NCBI GenBank assembly: GCA_030612725.1
Contig: JAUWNJ010000002.1
Coordinates: 64,542-128,541 of the forward strand
Source: Planctomycetales bacterium
Lineage (GTDB): Bacteria > Planctomycetota > Phycisphaerae > SM23-33
DNA: 64,000 nt
Reading direction: 5' to 3'
Under the pieces are notes generated by a model. That model was not told the DNA's origin. It worked only from the letters and a program-made list of their open reading frames with translations, and made no database searches. Positions 1 through 9,858 of the stretch are shown one piece after another. The position numbers and the translations under genes are program-made. How positions within the stretch are numbered: the first letter of the stretch is position 1; every line of letters begins with the position of its first letter.

Positions 1-1318
1 CATTGTCGCATCTGACATTGCGGACATATCCACACCCTGTTCAACCAGCCAGGTTTTTCGCCCGACGAGAATTTCCTGCCCATCGACGTTTCCGCTGACG
101 CCCTTACCGGCGAATTCCTGGAAATCCGTCGGCTCCGCCGGTGCGATTCTGGCCTTCTGCGCGATTTTCACGATTGCCTTGGCGACGGGGTGTTTCGACA
201 TCTGTTCGAGAGCCGATGCCGTTTTGAGCAGTTCTTCCGGGTCGATTCCAGGCCCCGGCTGGAGGCGGGTAACCGCCAGTTCGCCGGTTGTCAGCGTTCC
301 GGTCTTGTCGAAAATCACAGATGTGAGGTTTCTCGCCACTTCCAGCGTGGAGACATCTTTGATGAGAATCCCAAGCCTGGCGGCGCATGACAGTGCAGCG
401 ACCATTGCCGTCGGAACCGCCAGAATCAGCGCGCACGGACAGGCTACGATAAGCATGGTAATTGCCCGCTCGATCCCGCCGCTGTTGCGTGTGAAGAACA
501 GTACAATTCCGGTAATCATAATTATTGTCGGCGTGTACCACCCGGCATATCGGTCGATTAACCGCATGATGGGCGTCCGCGTCTGCTGGGCCTGGAGAAT
601 GAGGTGGCGGACCTTGCCCAGCGTGGTATCGTCGCCGGCACGCGTAACTTTCACATCGACGACGCCGGTCTGGTTGTTCGTACCGGAGAAAACCTCGTCT
701 TCGACAGCCTTATCCACCGGCAGAGATTCGCCGGTAATGTTTGCCTGGTTGATGGATGTTTGTCCCGATACGATTATTCCGTCTGCTGGGACGTTGTCGC
801 CGGGGCGCACGCGGACTATGTCGCCGGCTGACAGGTCGGTCGGATTGACGAGTTCCTCGCTACCGTCGTCGGCGAGACGGTGGGCCTTGGTTGGTGAGAT
901 GCGGATGAGCGATTCGATACTGGCCTTTGCGCCCAGTGCGGTTCGCGTCTCCACCAGGTTCGCCAGCAGCAGGAAGAAGGCTACGATCCCCGCCGTTCGG
1001 TAATCCGCCGCCGTCAATGCGGCGATGACAGCCAGGGCGACCAGTTCGTCCATGTGTGCCTCATGGCGAAAGATGCCCTTAATCGCGTGGATGATGATGG
1101 GAAACCCCAGCAGGATTGCTCCGGCCAGCGCCAGGATGTCGGCGAAGGAATTCAGTTCTCGCCGCCCGTCGGAAAAGGTTACACGCGAAAAAATCGGGAT
1201 CATCGGAACTATATACGAACAAAGCACCAGTACGCCGCCCAGAAGTATCCCTACGATAAGTACGCTCGCGCGGACGGTCTGTGCCTCGACCGAATCCTTC
1301 AGAATGTCATGAGCCATA
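1..1318 (-). CDS. heavy-metal translocating P-type ATPase (P1B-type); N-terminal part only, C-terminus runs past the window start
   Basis: Reverse-strand translation from the ATG at 1316-1318 gives TM helices, a CPC motif (IVACPCALILAVP) and the DKTGTLT phosphorylation motif. The frame stays open to position 1. Confidence 0.85.
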
Positions 1319-1571
1319 TAATTCTCCGCTTTTTTTTCCGGGGAAACAGGTTGTCATTGATACGCCGCTGTTACACCGGCGGTTCTGATGATTTACGATT
1401 AATTCAGGAAAGGCAAACGCTATCGACAAAGACGCGATAATGCAACGTTTTTTGTGTCGGAGCTTCGGGGATTACTTCATTGAGGGGTAGGCCGGGCCGG
1501 AGCGACACATAGTGTCCTGCCGTAGGCATCCCTATGGGCCTACGGGAAGAGACCCACCTGGATAAGGCGGG

Positions 1572-1853
1572 CTACCCACTATGTGCCGGTTCCAGAGCCT
1601 GTAGGATTCTCTGTCGTGTCTTTGCGGGAAAATGAAGCATTGTAAAAAGGTCTTTGGGAAATACAACGAAACAATCGGCTGGGTATAGATAATCTTCCCC
1701 GGATTCGTCGATGACCCTGATCATGTCGATGTCTTCTTCTCCTTCATCGGGCAGCATCAGATAGAGTTTGTTCGCTTCAAGGGAAGCGGAATATTCTTCG
1801 TTGTTAACGCACAGGCATAATTGTGTTTTTCGTTTGGCCATTTTATCGCTCAC
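1572..1853 (-). CDS. hypothetical small protein (93 aa), second gene of an overlapping pair
   Basis: ORF whose first 4 nt overlap the upstream small ORF (1850-1853). No recognisable domain. Confidence 0.4.
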   Translation of the reverse strand: MSDKMAKRKTQLCLCVNNEEYSASLEANKLYLMLPDEGEEDIDMIRVIDESGEDYLYPADCFVVFPKDLFTMLHFPAKTRQRILQALEPAHSG

Positions 1854-2083
1854 AGTATTCGCTTGATTTTGAATTCCACTTGCCCGATTCCATGTGCTTC
1901 GTACCAGTGAATCTCCGCCTCAAATACCTTTCCTTGCCGACGGACTTTTGCATAACCCTTTCTCTTCCGCCAGCGACCTTTTCCGTATATCTTCTCCAAT
2001 CGCGGAAACTCGCGAATTTGCTTTCCGGTTACAAAAGTTTTTGGATTCCGAATATCGCTGATAATTTCGAAACTTGGTTTCAT
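1850..2083 (-). CDS. hypothetical small basic protein (77 aa), first gene of an overlapping pair (TA-like architecture)
   Basis: ORF MKPSFEIISDIRNP...HWYEAHGIGQVEFKIKRIL, 4-nt overlap with the downstream ORF. No family recognised. Confidence 0.4.
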   Translation of the reverse strand: MKPSFEIISDIRNPKTFVTGKQIREFPRLEKIYGKGRWRKRKGYAKVRRQGKVFEAEIHWYEAHGIGQVEFKIKRIL

Positions 2084-2129
2084 TCAATTCACTTTATTAT
2101 AGCAGACTAATGTTGTTTCCGAAAAGAAT

Positions 2130-3311
2130 TCATTTTTTCGAGATTGTCTCCAGGATTCGGAGGTAACTCTGGTATCGTCGCAGCGGGATTTTACCGGCTT
2201 CGGCTGCGGCGATAACGGCGCAGTCCGGCTCGTGAGTGTGCGTGCAATCGTTGAATTTGCACTGCGGCGCGAATTCGACCAGTTCCGGGAAATACCAGGT
2301 CAACTCAGCGGCGTCCATTTCGACGGCCAATTCGCGCACGCCGGGCGTATCGACCAGCAACCCGCCGCCCGGAAGTTCGTGCAGTGTAGCAGCCGAGGTA
2401 ACGTGCCGACCTCGCTGATCCTTCATGCGAATCTGCCTGACTGCCAGGTCCGCGCCCGGAACCAGGGCGTTAATCAGCGTGGATTTTCCGACGCCCGAAG
2501 CGCCGGCAAGTACGCTCCGCCTGTCCCGAAGGGCCTTACGCAGTTTCCGTAGCCCCTTGCCCGTCTCGGCGGAGCAGAGAAACACCTCGATATCGCCGGA
2601 TGAAAGTTCCTTCAGCAGTTTTTTATCCGGTTTGTCCAGGTCGATTTTGTTGATTACGATCACCGGCTTCATCTCGCCACGTTCGGCGACGATGCAGAAC
2701 CGGTCGATCAGTCCGGGTCTGAACGCAGGCTGGCGGACCGACGCGATAATCAACAGCGTGTCCATATTCGCGGCTACGACTTTTACGAACATTTCATTAT
2801 CGTATCGCCCGCGTCGTTTTCCGCTGGTCGGTTGCGGTCGTGCAAGGGCGGACCGCCTGGGTCGTCGGGAGAGAATCACTCCGTCGGTTCGCTGGCTGTC
2901 GGTTGTCGTATCCCCCGAAACGTGCTGTGCCTCCGTCAGCGACACAGACACCTCGTCTCCGACTGCCAGTGCGGTTGTATCCTTCGGCGGGCGGAACGTG
3001 CCTGCCAATCGGCAGAGTAATTCATCTTCGCCCAACCGCACAATCGCCCCGCCTGGAAACAGTCCCGTTACAATTGCGATTGCTTCTGACTCATGCGATG
3101 GTTCGTCGGTTTCGCCGGCCTTGGCGATTGGCTGATTGCGTGAGGCCGGGAGTTTGACGCGTAGAGGTTGGAGTGTCTCTGCTGAATCGGCGTCGAGCGA
3201 ATCTGTTTCCGCTTCGCGGAAGCGTCGCTCCCAGTCTTTTATCCGCCGTTGCGATTTACCTTTGCGTCTGGGCATGACGGACATTGTTACCGGCATGAGG
3301 CGAATCCGCAA
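2130..3311 (-). CDS. rsgA: ribosome small-subunit-dependent GTPase A (RsgA/YjeQ)
   Basis: G4-G1-G3 circularly permuted GTPase motifs (NKIDL, GASGVGKSTLINAL, DTPG) and a C-terminal zinc-finger CxxC...HxxC (CKFNDCTHTHEPDC). The annotated N-terminus may be over-extended. Confidence 0.9.
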   Translation of the reverse strand: MRIRLMPVTMSVMPRRKGKSQRRIKDWERRFREAETDSLDADSAETLQPLRVKLPASRNQPIAKAGETDEPSHESEAIAIVTGLFPGGAIVRLGEDELLCRLAGTFRPPKDTTALAVGDEVSVSLTEAQHVSGDTTTDSQRTDGVILSRRPRRSALARPQPTSGKRRGRYDNEMFVKVVAANMDTLLIIASVRQPAFRPGLIDRFCIVAERGEMKPVIVINKIDLDKPDKKLLKELSSGDIEVFLCSAETGKGLRKLRKALRDRRSVLAGASGVGKSTLINALVPGADLAVRQIRMKDQRGRHVTSAATLHELPGGGLLVDTPGVRELAVEMDAAELTWYFPELVEFAPQCKFNDCTHTHEPDCAVIAAAEAGKIPLRRYQSYLRILETISKK

Positions 3312-3415
3312 CCAATCCGCGGATTATTAAAAAACGAAGGGATGTCTCCTTCGCCTGACTCGACGAAAGAAACATCCCTTTTTTCTAATCCGTTAAAGCG
3401 TTACTGAACTACCGC

Positions 3416-4210
3416 CTATGCTCTTTTCCTGCGGAGGATAACGCCAACCAGACCAACACCCAGAAGCGTCAGGGTCATCGGTTCGGGAACGACCTTGGCC
3501 ACAATGCTGCCACCAACGCCGTCGGTCCTTGTCAACTGCCAATCAGAGGTCTTACCACCGACAACTGTGAAGTCTGTGAAAAGCGTGGTGTCAAGAGTAC
3601 CAACCACGGACATTATCACGATTTCTGCATTTAGCACTTCGGCGTAACCACTAGCATCCAGCACGAGTCCACCGGCCAGGGTGGCATCACCGGCGACAGT
3701 AATCGTCGAAAGCTTGCTGCCATCATTGTCCGGCTTAACCCTCAGTGTTCCTGCTCCACTCCACTTGATGATCCAGTTACCGGCTACGTCAACCGTGCAG
3801 TTGGAACCAACTACTGTGAGTCCCCAATCGCCTGCACCCTCGAAGCCCCATGTCCCGGTATGATAGATACCGGTTCCGGACACCGTGACGCCGCCGGGAT
3901 TGACGGCGTTGCCGGCATTGTAGAGCTGGCTTTTCTTTGCAGTCAGCACGCCGCCTGAAGTAATCCTCACGCCCATTCCACCAAACAAATAACTGACTGT
4001 GCCTGCGTCCGCAGTAATAAGGGGATCCAGGGCGGTGAAACCATCGATTTGGGCGGCATCAGCCGCTCCCGGCACCATGCCGTTAGACCAATTATTAGGA
4101 TCGCCCCAATCTTCGCTGACATCGCCGGTCCAAATTTCATTACCAAACGCCGGTGCCGACAAAGCAACCACCGCCAGTACTGCCAATAAAATCGTTACAT
4201 TTCTCATCAT
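3416..4210 (-). CDS. PEP-CTERM sorting domain-containing secreted protein
   Basis: Signal peptide MMRNVTILLAVLAVVALSAPAFG and a C-terminal VPEPMTLTLLGVGLVGVILRRKRA (PEP motif, TM helix, Arg cluster). GGAGAG RBS upstream of the ATG at 4210. Confidence 0.75.
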   Translation of the reverse strand: MMRNVTILLAVLAVVALSAPAFGNEIWTGDVSEDWGDPNNWSNGMVPGAADAAQIDGFTALDPLITADAGTVSYLFGGMGVRITSGGVLTAKKSQLYNAGNAVNPGGVTVSGTGIYHTGTWGFEGAGDWGLTVVGSNCTVDVAGNWIIKWSGAGTLRVKPDNDGSKLSTITVAGDATLAGGLVLDASGYAEVLNAEIVIMSVVGTLDTTLFTDFTVVGGKTSDWQLTRTDGVGGSIVAKVVPEPMTLTLLGVGLVGVILRRKRA

Positions 4211-4665
4211 TTCTCTCCTCACTTCTCCCAGCGCCGGTTTTCCAACGGCACGCCCGTTAGTTGCCGGCACCATAACTAAAAAACCTTTCTTTACAAAATT
4301 ACAACCACAAAATCACAACCAGACTTGCGTTGCACCCTGCCTCCTTTCTTAAAAAGGCTCCAAAGAAACCAAACTTCAGGATATTAACTAGACTAGACTT
4401 GCGTTCTGTCTCCGCATTACCTTCCTTCGACAACTCACATGCCAAACAAGAAATGTGCTCCAATTCTCTTACGCCAGCCAGATCAACTGGCATAGGAACC
4501 GTAATCCTCATCTCAATCAACCGCGATTCTATCACGGTATGCCGAGATTGTCAAGGGATAAAACCATTTTTTTTACAATTTTTTGCGGGATTCAAAATGA
4601 ACTGAAGAGAAGAGGGAGAAAGGGGCGGGCGCTTTATGCCTTTCAGGGTCAGGCGTCTTATTTGG

Positions 4666-5484
4666 TCAGCGGCGTCGTCTGTGGTTCACTATCGCGGCGA
4701 CGCCGACGAGGACAGACGAGACGATAACGATCATCGCACCTGTCGGCAGGTCGGCAACGGCGGCAACAAGGAAGCCTCCCAGCCCGCTGACAGCCCCCAG
4801 CCCCATCGCAACACCCAATGCCCGGCCATGTCCTTTGACCAGCAGGAAGGCAGCGGCTGCGGGATTCGCCATGAGGCTGTAGATCATCAGCCCGCCGATG
4901 GTCTGAAAATTCACCGTCAGCACAGCCGCAGTGAGGACAAGGAATATCGTCCAGATGAGCGTTACGTGCACGCCGGCAGCGGCAGCGTGAAGCCGACTGA
5001 ACATTATCGCGCGCATCTCCTTGTAGAACAGCACAACGAAGGCGACCTGAACCGCCGCCACTGCCGACATCAACTTCACGTGATCCCACCGGCAGTAGAT
5101 CAGGCTGCCCCAGAGCAGGTTGCGAACGTCGTTGTCGGAGATGCCGTATTTCGGGAACAACCCGATTCCCAGAAACGCCAGTCCCATCGAGAGCGTGAAC
5201 AGCAGCCCCATCAGGACGTTAATGTTAATATGCGTAGTTTCCGGTTCCAGCAGCCCCAGGAGCATGGCTGTTACAATCGCGCCGATAAGGGCGGGGATAA
5301 GCAGCATAGGCCCGGACAGGCCGAACAAGGAGCCGAAGACAGCGCCGGCCAGGGCGGCGTGCGAGACGCAGACGCCCAGAAACGGTATCTGCATCCCGAC
5401 GACGTACACGCCGAGCATCCCCGTCGATGCTCCTGCTACCGCGCCACCGACCATTACGGGCGCCCAGAAGGTCAGGTCAATCAT
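4666..5484 (-). CDS. metal (Zn/Mn) ABC transporter permease, ABC-3 family
   Basis: Multi-TM protein typical of ZnuB/MntB. 4-nt overlap with the upstream ATPase gene. Confidence 0.85.
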   Translation of the reverse strand: MIDLTFWAPVMVGGAVAGASTGMLGVYVVGMQIPFLGVCVSHAALAGAVFGSLFGLSGPMLLIPALIGAIVTAMLLGLLEPETTHININVLMGLLFTLSMGLAFLGIGLFPKYGISDNDVRNLLWGSLIYCRWDHVKLMSAVAAVQVAFVVLFYKEMRAIMFSRLHAAAAGVHVTLIWTIFLVLTAAVLTVNFQTIGGLMIYSLMANPAAAAFLLVKGHGRALGVAMGLGAVSGLGGFLVAAVADLPTGAMIVIVSSVLVGVAAIVNHRRRR

Positions 5485-6275
5485 GCCCAGGCCCTCCCCG
5501 ATGGGATTACGGCGTGCCGACCGGTCTCGTGCACTACCACAAGGGAACTGCCGTAAAGAGAAGCGATTCGCTCATTCGTCAGCACCTCTTCAGGCGTTCC
5601 GTCGGCGGTGATTCGTCCCGCCTCCAAAAGCACCACCCGCCGGCAGCAGGGGGGGATGACCTCCAGTTCATGGCAGACAAGAACGACGGTCATGTGCATT
5701 TGGCGGTAAAGTTCTTCCATGACGGCGACGATCTGCTCACGCCAGAATAAATCGAGATTGGCTGTCGGTTCGTCGAGAATGAGCATCTCCGGCTGCTGGA
5801 CCATCGCCCGCGCGATGAGCGCCTTTCGCTGCTCACCGCCGGATAAGTCGCTGTATGCGCTACCGGTAAGTCCGCGAAGCCCGAGCCGGTCGATCCACTC
5901 ATCGACGATTCGCCAATCATCCCGGCCCAGGGGTCGGCCAAGTCCGGCGATACCGCATCGACCTATGGCGACGACCTCGCGGAGCGTCAGCGGCATCTCG
6001 CTGTGAGCGGCGAGGATTTGCGGAACGTACCCGACTCGCCGGCGAAGCCGGCTCAAACCCGCCCGGCGTACGCATTGCCCCAGCAGCCTCACCTCGCCCG
6101 CAACGCCGCGTTGAAAACCCAGGCAGCATTTCAGCAGCGTACTTTTGCCCGCGCCGTTCGGGCCAAGGATCGTAACAACTTCGCCGGCGAATACATCCAG
6201 ATGCTCGACCGAAAGGATCGTCCGCCCACCGGCGCGAACGTGCAGATTATCGATTTGTATCACCGAATCGGTCAT
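5481..6275 (-). CDS. metal ABC transporter ATP-binding protein (ZnuC-like)
   Basis: Walker A GPNGAGKST, ABC signature LSGGEQ, Walker B LILDEP. Confidence 0.9.
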   Translation of the reverse strand: MTDSVIQIDNLHVRAGGRTILSVEHLDVFAGEVVTILGPNGAGKSTLLKCCLGFQRGVAGEVRLLGQCVRRAGLSRLRRRVGYVPQILAAHSEMPLTLREVVAIGRCGIAGLGRPLGRDDWRIVDEWIDRLGLRGLTGSAYSDLSGGEQRKALIARAMVQQPEMLILDEPTANLDLFWREQIVAVMEELYRQMHMTVVLVCHELEVIPPCCRRVVLLEAGRITADGTPEEVLTNERIASLYGSSLVVVHETGRHAVIPSGRAWA

Positions 6276-7102
6276 TATCGATTTTCCGCGACGAGTTCGG
6301 TAACATTATCGTGGACGAGTTTGTCGAACCCGTCGCCGGTCGGAAAATTCCCGAAGACAACCACCTTTGCCCCAAGCCGCTCGGCCAGCGCATCCGCAAG
6401 CCGCCTGCCAGCCGGCAGATTTGCGACGACAATCTTCACCCCTGCCGACCTTGCCGAGCGGACGGCGGCGTCAATCTCGCTGATACCGGCGGTGTCGGAA
6501 CTTTTGAACGTAGCGACTACGTTCAGGCCAAGTCGCCGGCAAAAGGCGGCCTGATGCCTGCTGGCGAGCACCGGCGAACCCTTGAGGTTCGCCGATTCTA
6601 TCCGCCCCTTCGCCCACTCGCCCAGCGACGCCATTCTCCCTGCTACCTTTTCCAGCCTGGCGTCGGCGTCGGCGCGGTCGAGCAGACCGGCGGCTACGAA
6701 GGCCTCGGCAGTCTGCCGGCAGGCGGAGAGGTAACTTTCCGGCTCGCACAGCCCGCCGCCAATTTTTATCGAGGCGATTTGCAGACCGGCGGCTTTGAGG
6801 TCCGACAGTTTCGCCTCCAGCGATTCCTGGAAGTCCTGTCGCAGCAGCAACCGGCAGGTGCGGAGTTGCTCAATCTGCGAGGGGCGGATGTCGAAATGTC
6901 CGGGGCACATCCCAGGCCCGGCCAGGCGGAGGACGGGTTCGCCGTCTTCGAGGAACTCCCGCGCGGCGCATTCCAGATACGACGTACTCGCCGCCACTTC
7001 AGACGGTTCATCCTTACTGCAACCTGTGATTGCGATCGTCGCCGATACGCAAAACGCCAGAATCACTCGATAACGTTTCAATGTGCATACCCTTTCATTC
7101 AT
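6275..7102 (-). CDS. metal ABC transporter substrate-binding lipoprotein (ZnuA/TroA family)
   Basis: Lipobox ITGCS after a signal peptide and a TroA-like body. The start is set at internal MNERV; the longer ORF to 7267 is probably an over-extension. Its stop overlaps the ATPase start by 1 nt. Confidence 0.75.
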   Translation of the reverse strand: MNERVCTLKRYRVILAFCVSATIAITGCSKDEPSEVAASTSYLECAAREFLEDGEPVLRLAGPGMCPGHFDIRPSQIEQLRTCRLLLRQDFQESLEAKLSDLKAAGLQIASIKIGGGLCEPESYLSACRQTAEAFVAAGLLDRADADARLEKVAGRMASLGEWAKGRIESANLKGSPVLASRHQAAFCRRLGLNVVATFKSSDTAGISEIDAAVRSARSAGVKIVVANLPAGRRLADALAERLGAKVVVFGNFPTGDGFDKLVHDNVTELVAENR

Positions 7103-7110
7103 TACGCGCG

Positions 7111-7812
7111 TTACAGGCCCGTATGCATCTGTCCGTCCGTGGTTCGCACCCGGGAAATCACGCCTTGAGTGCCGAGGCCACGATACCACGAGCATCGAGC
7201 CACCGGCGCACGCGGCGGCACGCCAACGTCCTTGTCGTATCTCGGCCCGACACTCCAGATGACCCAACTAATCGGGCACGGAATTATTTTGCCGTTCACG
7301 TCGGTGGGTCTCCAGACATTATCATAAGATTGCCCAGCCAGTGTCTGCGGATCGGCGTCAGGATCATCACGGGGGAAATCATCAGGCACCCAGACGCTCT
7401 TGGGGACCGCGCCGTTGTTGTGAAGACCCCAGCCGGGTGCCTTGTACTTATAAGTATGTCCGGGGTTGAAGACGTCCTCCATGTTGGCCGACATCTTCGT
7501 ATCGGGTTGGCCCGCTGCCAGCCATTGCCTCTGAACCAACTCGATCGGCAACTCGCAGAAATGCTCCCACTTTTCGGTCTCGCAGTACGTTCGCATGGGT
7601 GGGTAGGTCTGCTTGTTCTGCGAGGCGTAGCATTCCAGTGCGGTGGCGATGCCCCGCAGTTCCGCCATTGCTTTGGTTACCTTCGCCATCTCTTTTGCCG
7701 CCGAAAGGCTCGGCAGCAGGATCGACACCAGCAGAGCAAGGATTGCGACAACCACAAGTAACTCTACAAGCGTAAAACCCGCGAGATGATCATTGTTTCG
7801 AAGCATAATCAC
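7111..7812 (-). CDS. prepilin-type N-terminal cleavage/methylation domain protein (planctomycete pseudopilin-like)
   Basis: N-terminus MIMLRNNDHLAGFTLVELLVVVAILALL matches the G|FTLVE prepilin signal. Confidence 0.75.
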   Translation of the reverse strand: MIMLRNNDHLAGFTLVELLVVVAILALLVSILLPSLSAAKEMAKVTKAMAELRGIATALECYASQNKQTYPPMRTYCETEKWEHFCELPIELVQRQWLAAGQPDTKMSANMEDVFNPGHTYKYKAPGWGLHNNGAVPKSVWVPDDFPRDDPDADPQTLAGQSYDNVWRPTDVNGKIIPCPISWVIWSVGPRYDKDVGVPPRAPVARCSWYRGLGTQGVISRVRTTDGQMHTGL

Positions 7813-7872
7813 CGACCACGGCCAAGTCTTCGACTTGACCGTGCCACCCTGAAATTATCATGCTATAGTCCA

Positions 7873-8826
7873 CTACCGACTTCTGCGGCGGCGTCTGAAT
7901 ATCGCCAGGCTGCCGAGGGTCAGCAACAACAGCGAGGCAGGTTCGGGAACGATGCCCAGCATATCGCTGCCGCCGTCGTAACCCATCACCCACATCCGGT
8001 ATCCGGTGGTGTATCCCTCTTCCTGGTTGAATATACCGACCACGTCAAACGTGCCACCAAGATTGCTGGGGTCGCTAAAGACATCGGACATTCCCAGACG
8101 GCAAGGCAACGTCAGGCCGGTGCCGTCAGTGATCTCCATCTCTACGTCAGGACCCCACAGATTCGCATCGACGAAACTGACGTCGTTGATGCGGACCAGC
8201 CTCGCCTGGTAATACTCCCCACCGATTAAGCGTGTGTCGTCGAAGATGTCATTGTTCGAGGCGTCCTTGACATCCGCCAGCGTAATCACTTCCGGCGCGG
8301 GCAGCCCCGGCGTGCTGTCCAGCCATTCGACGGTGAAGTCCATTCCCGAAGCGGAACAGTGTCGCTCGTTGACGTTGGTCTTGCCGTTGTACCCCTTGAT
8401 GTAGCCGGTAACGCGCACCCTGTCGCCCATGCGGATGCGGTGAGCGTCGTCGTAGTTCAGACGGTTCAACTCGTCGTTCCACTCCGTTTCCGTATAGTCC
8501 ACGTCGCCCATCCTGCTGTATTTTTGTCCCATCCAGCAGGCGGTCCCGGCGTGGTCGCCACCTTCGCCCTGAACGTAAATCTGCCACTGGCCGCCCATCC
8601 ATGCAGGGGCGTCGTAGGCCGGGTCGAGCATATCCTCGGGGTTGTTCAGCACGACCCCCTCCAACACAACCGTCAGCGTTGCACCCTCCTTCAGGTGCGT
8701 GGCGTGACCGGTGTTATCGACAGCCTGAATTTCCCAGTGAGTTTCAGCCTGTACCATCGCTGCGACGAGCAGCAGTGCAACTGTTCCAATAACGAGACTT
8801 TTTGTAACTTTTGCGAGCATGAGCAT
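7873..8826 (-). CDS. PEP-CTERM sorting domain-containing secreted protein
   Basis: Signal peptide MLMLAKVTKSLVIGTVALLLVAAMVQA and a C-terminal IVPEPASLLLLTLGSLAIFRRRRRSR. Confidence 0.75.
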   Translation of the reverse strand: MLMLAKVTKSLVIGTVALLLVAAMVQAETHWEIQAVDNTGHATHLKEGATLTVVLEGVVLNNPEDMLDPAYDAPAWMGGQWQIYVQGEGGDHAGTACWMGQKYSRMGDVDYTETEWNDELNRLNYDDAHRIRMGDRVRVTGYIKGYNGKTNVNERHCSASGMDFTVEWLDSTPGLPAPEVITLADVKDASNNDIFDDTRLIGGEYYQARLVRINDVSFVDANLWGPDVEMEITDGTGLTLPCRLGMSDVFSDPSNLGGTFDVVGIFNQEEGYTTGYRMWVMGYDGGSDMLGIVPEPASLLLLTLGSLAIFRRRRRSR

Positions 8827-9095
8827 TCTCCTTTCCTCTGACTTCGAGCACATAACAAAAAGAACTTCATCGCAGTCCGTAGGACTCTTCGAGAGCACGC
8901 AGAGAGAGCAGAGAAAAGAAACAAAAAAGTTTTTTTATTTGTTCTCTGCGTTTTCTGCGTTCTCTGCGTTCATCTTAATTATGGTCTCCTGATCGCCATT
9001 CGGGTTGAGCATTGACACAATCAAGCCACGGCGGTATTAACTATCTCTGGAAAGTTAATACTTCCGACGGCGATATTAAGAAAGAAAAAAATCGT

Positions 9096-9719
9096 ATGAA
9101 CGAGAAAATTTCTGAATCAACCTTCACCGACCCACGGGTCGCCTTCTTCAACCGCCACGCCGACTCGTGGGACGAAGACGTTTCGGCCATTGATTCGAAC
9201 ATCCGTCGCCTGGGGGAATTGCGCGACGCTATGGGTCTGCACGCCGGGATGGACCTTCTCGAAGTCGGATGCGGGACGGGACAGATTACGGGATGGCTTT
9301 GCGAGGCCGTTGCGCCGGGGAAGGTAACAGCAGTCGATTTTTCCGAGGTCATGCTCGCGACGGCGCGGGCCAAGGATATTGACGCCGATTTTTGCCTGAT
9401 GGATATTTGCGCCGACAGACCTGTGGGGGAGTTTGATGTGGTATTGTGTTTCCATTGTTTTCCGCATTTCCGCGACCAGCCTGCTGCGTTGCGCAACCTG
9501 TCGTCAGCCCTGAAACCCGGCGGGTCGTTGGTCGTGATGCACCTTGTCGGAAGTAAGGCGATTAACGCCTTTCACAACGGCGTCGGTGGGGCGGTAGCCG
9601 ACGACATTCTCCCAACCGGCGGGGAATGGGACGACCTTCTAAGCCACGCCAACCTGAAATTCACCGAACTTACCGACCGCGACGACCTGTTCATCCTCCG
9701 CGCCGTCGGCAATTCTTGA
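9096..9719 (+). CDS. class I SAM-dependent methyltransferase
   Basis: Motif I LLEVGCGTGQIT and a UbiE/COQ5-like fold. The start is placed at MNEKIS; the ORF opens at 9012. Confidence 0.8.
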   Translation: MNEKISESTFTDPRVAFFNRHADSWDEDVSAIDSNIRRLGELRDAMGLHAGMDLLEVGCGTGQITGWLCEAVAPGKVTAVDFSEVMLATARAKDIDADFCLMDICADRPVGEFDVVLCFHCFPHFRDQPAALRNLSSALKPGGSLVVMHLVGSKAINAFHNGVGGAVADDILPTGGEWDDLLSHANLKFTELTDRDDLFILRAVGNS

Positions 9720-9858
9720 ACCCTGGCGCGCAAGATGGTAAAAGAAAACCTATAAGCAGGCTGGGGCAAAGTCCCACCCTTCTCCTGATTTTGATATACC
9801 GCATGAGCAGAAAAAATTGGGACTTCGTCTAAAGCCTGCAATTAGGGAGGTAACATAA

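Noticed and set aside
104-1440. Several plus and minus-strand ORFs (145, 274, 95 and 128 aa) listed within 1-1440.
   Set aside because: All lie inside the P-type ATPase gene, whose true frame (minus strand, open to the window edge) contains the DKTGTLT and CPC motifs.
4636-5556. A 306-aa plus-strand ORF, His/Arg/Asp-rich, antisense to the metal ABC permease.
   Set aside because: An antisense-frame artefact of a GC-rich membrane-protein gene. It has no motifs, and the minus-strand genes have clear ABC signatures.
6275-7267. The long form of the substrate-binding protein ORF (start at 7267) and similarly long N-terminal extensions for the GH38, uxaC, argH, oxidoreductase and methyltransferase genes.
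   Set aside because: The upstream codons are Arg-rich or low-complexity and precede obvious signal peptides or conserved N-termini. Internal ATGs with RBS-like purine tracts were preferred, though the exact starts remain uncertain.
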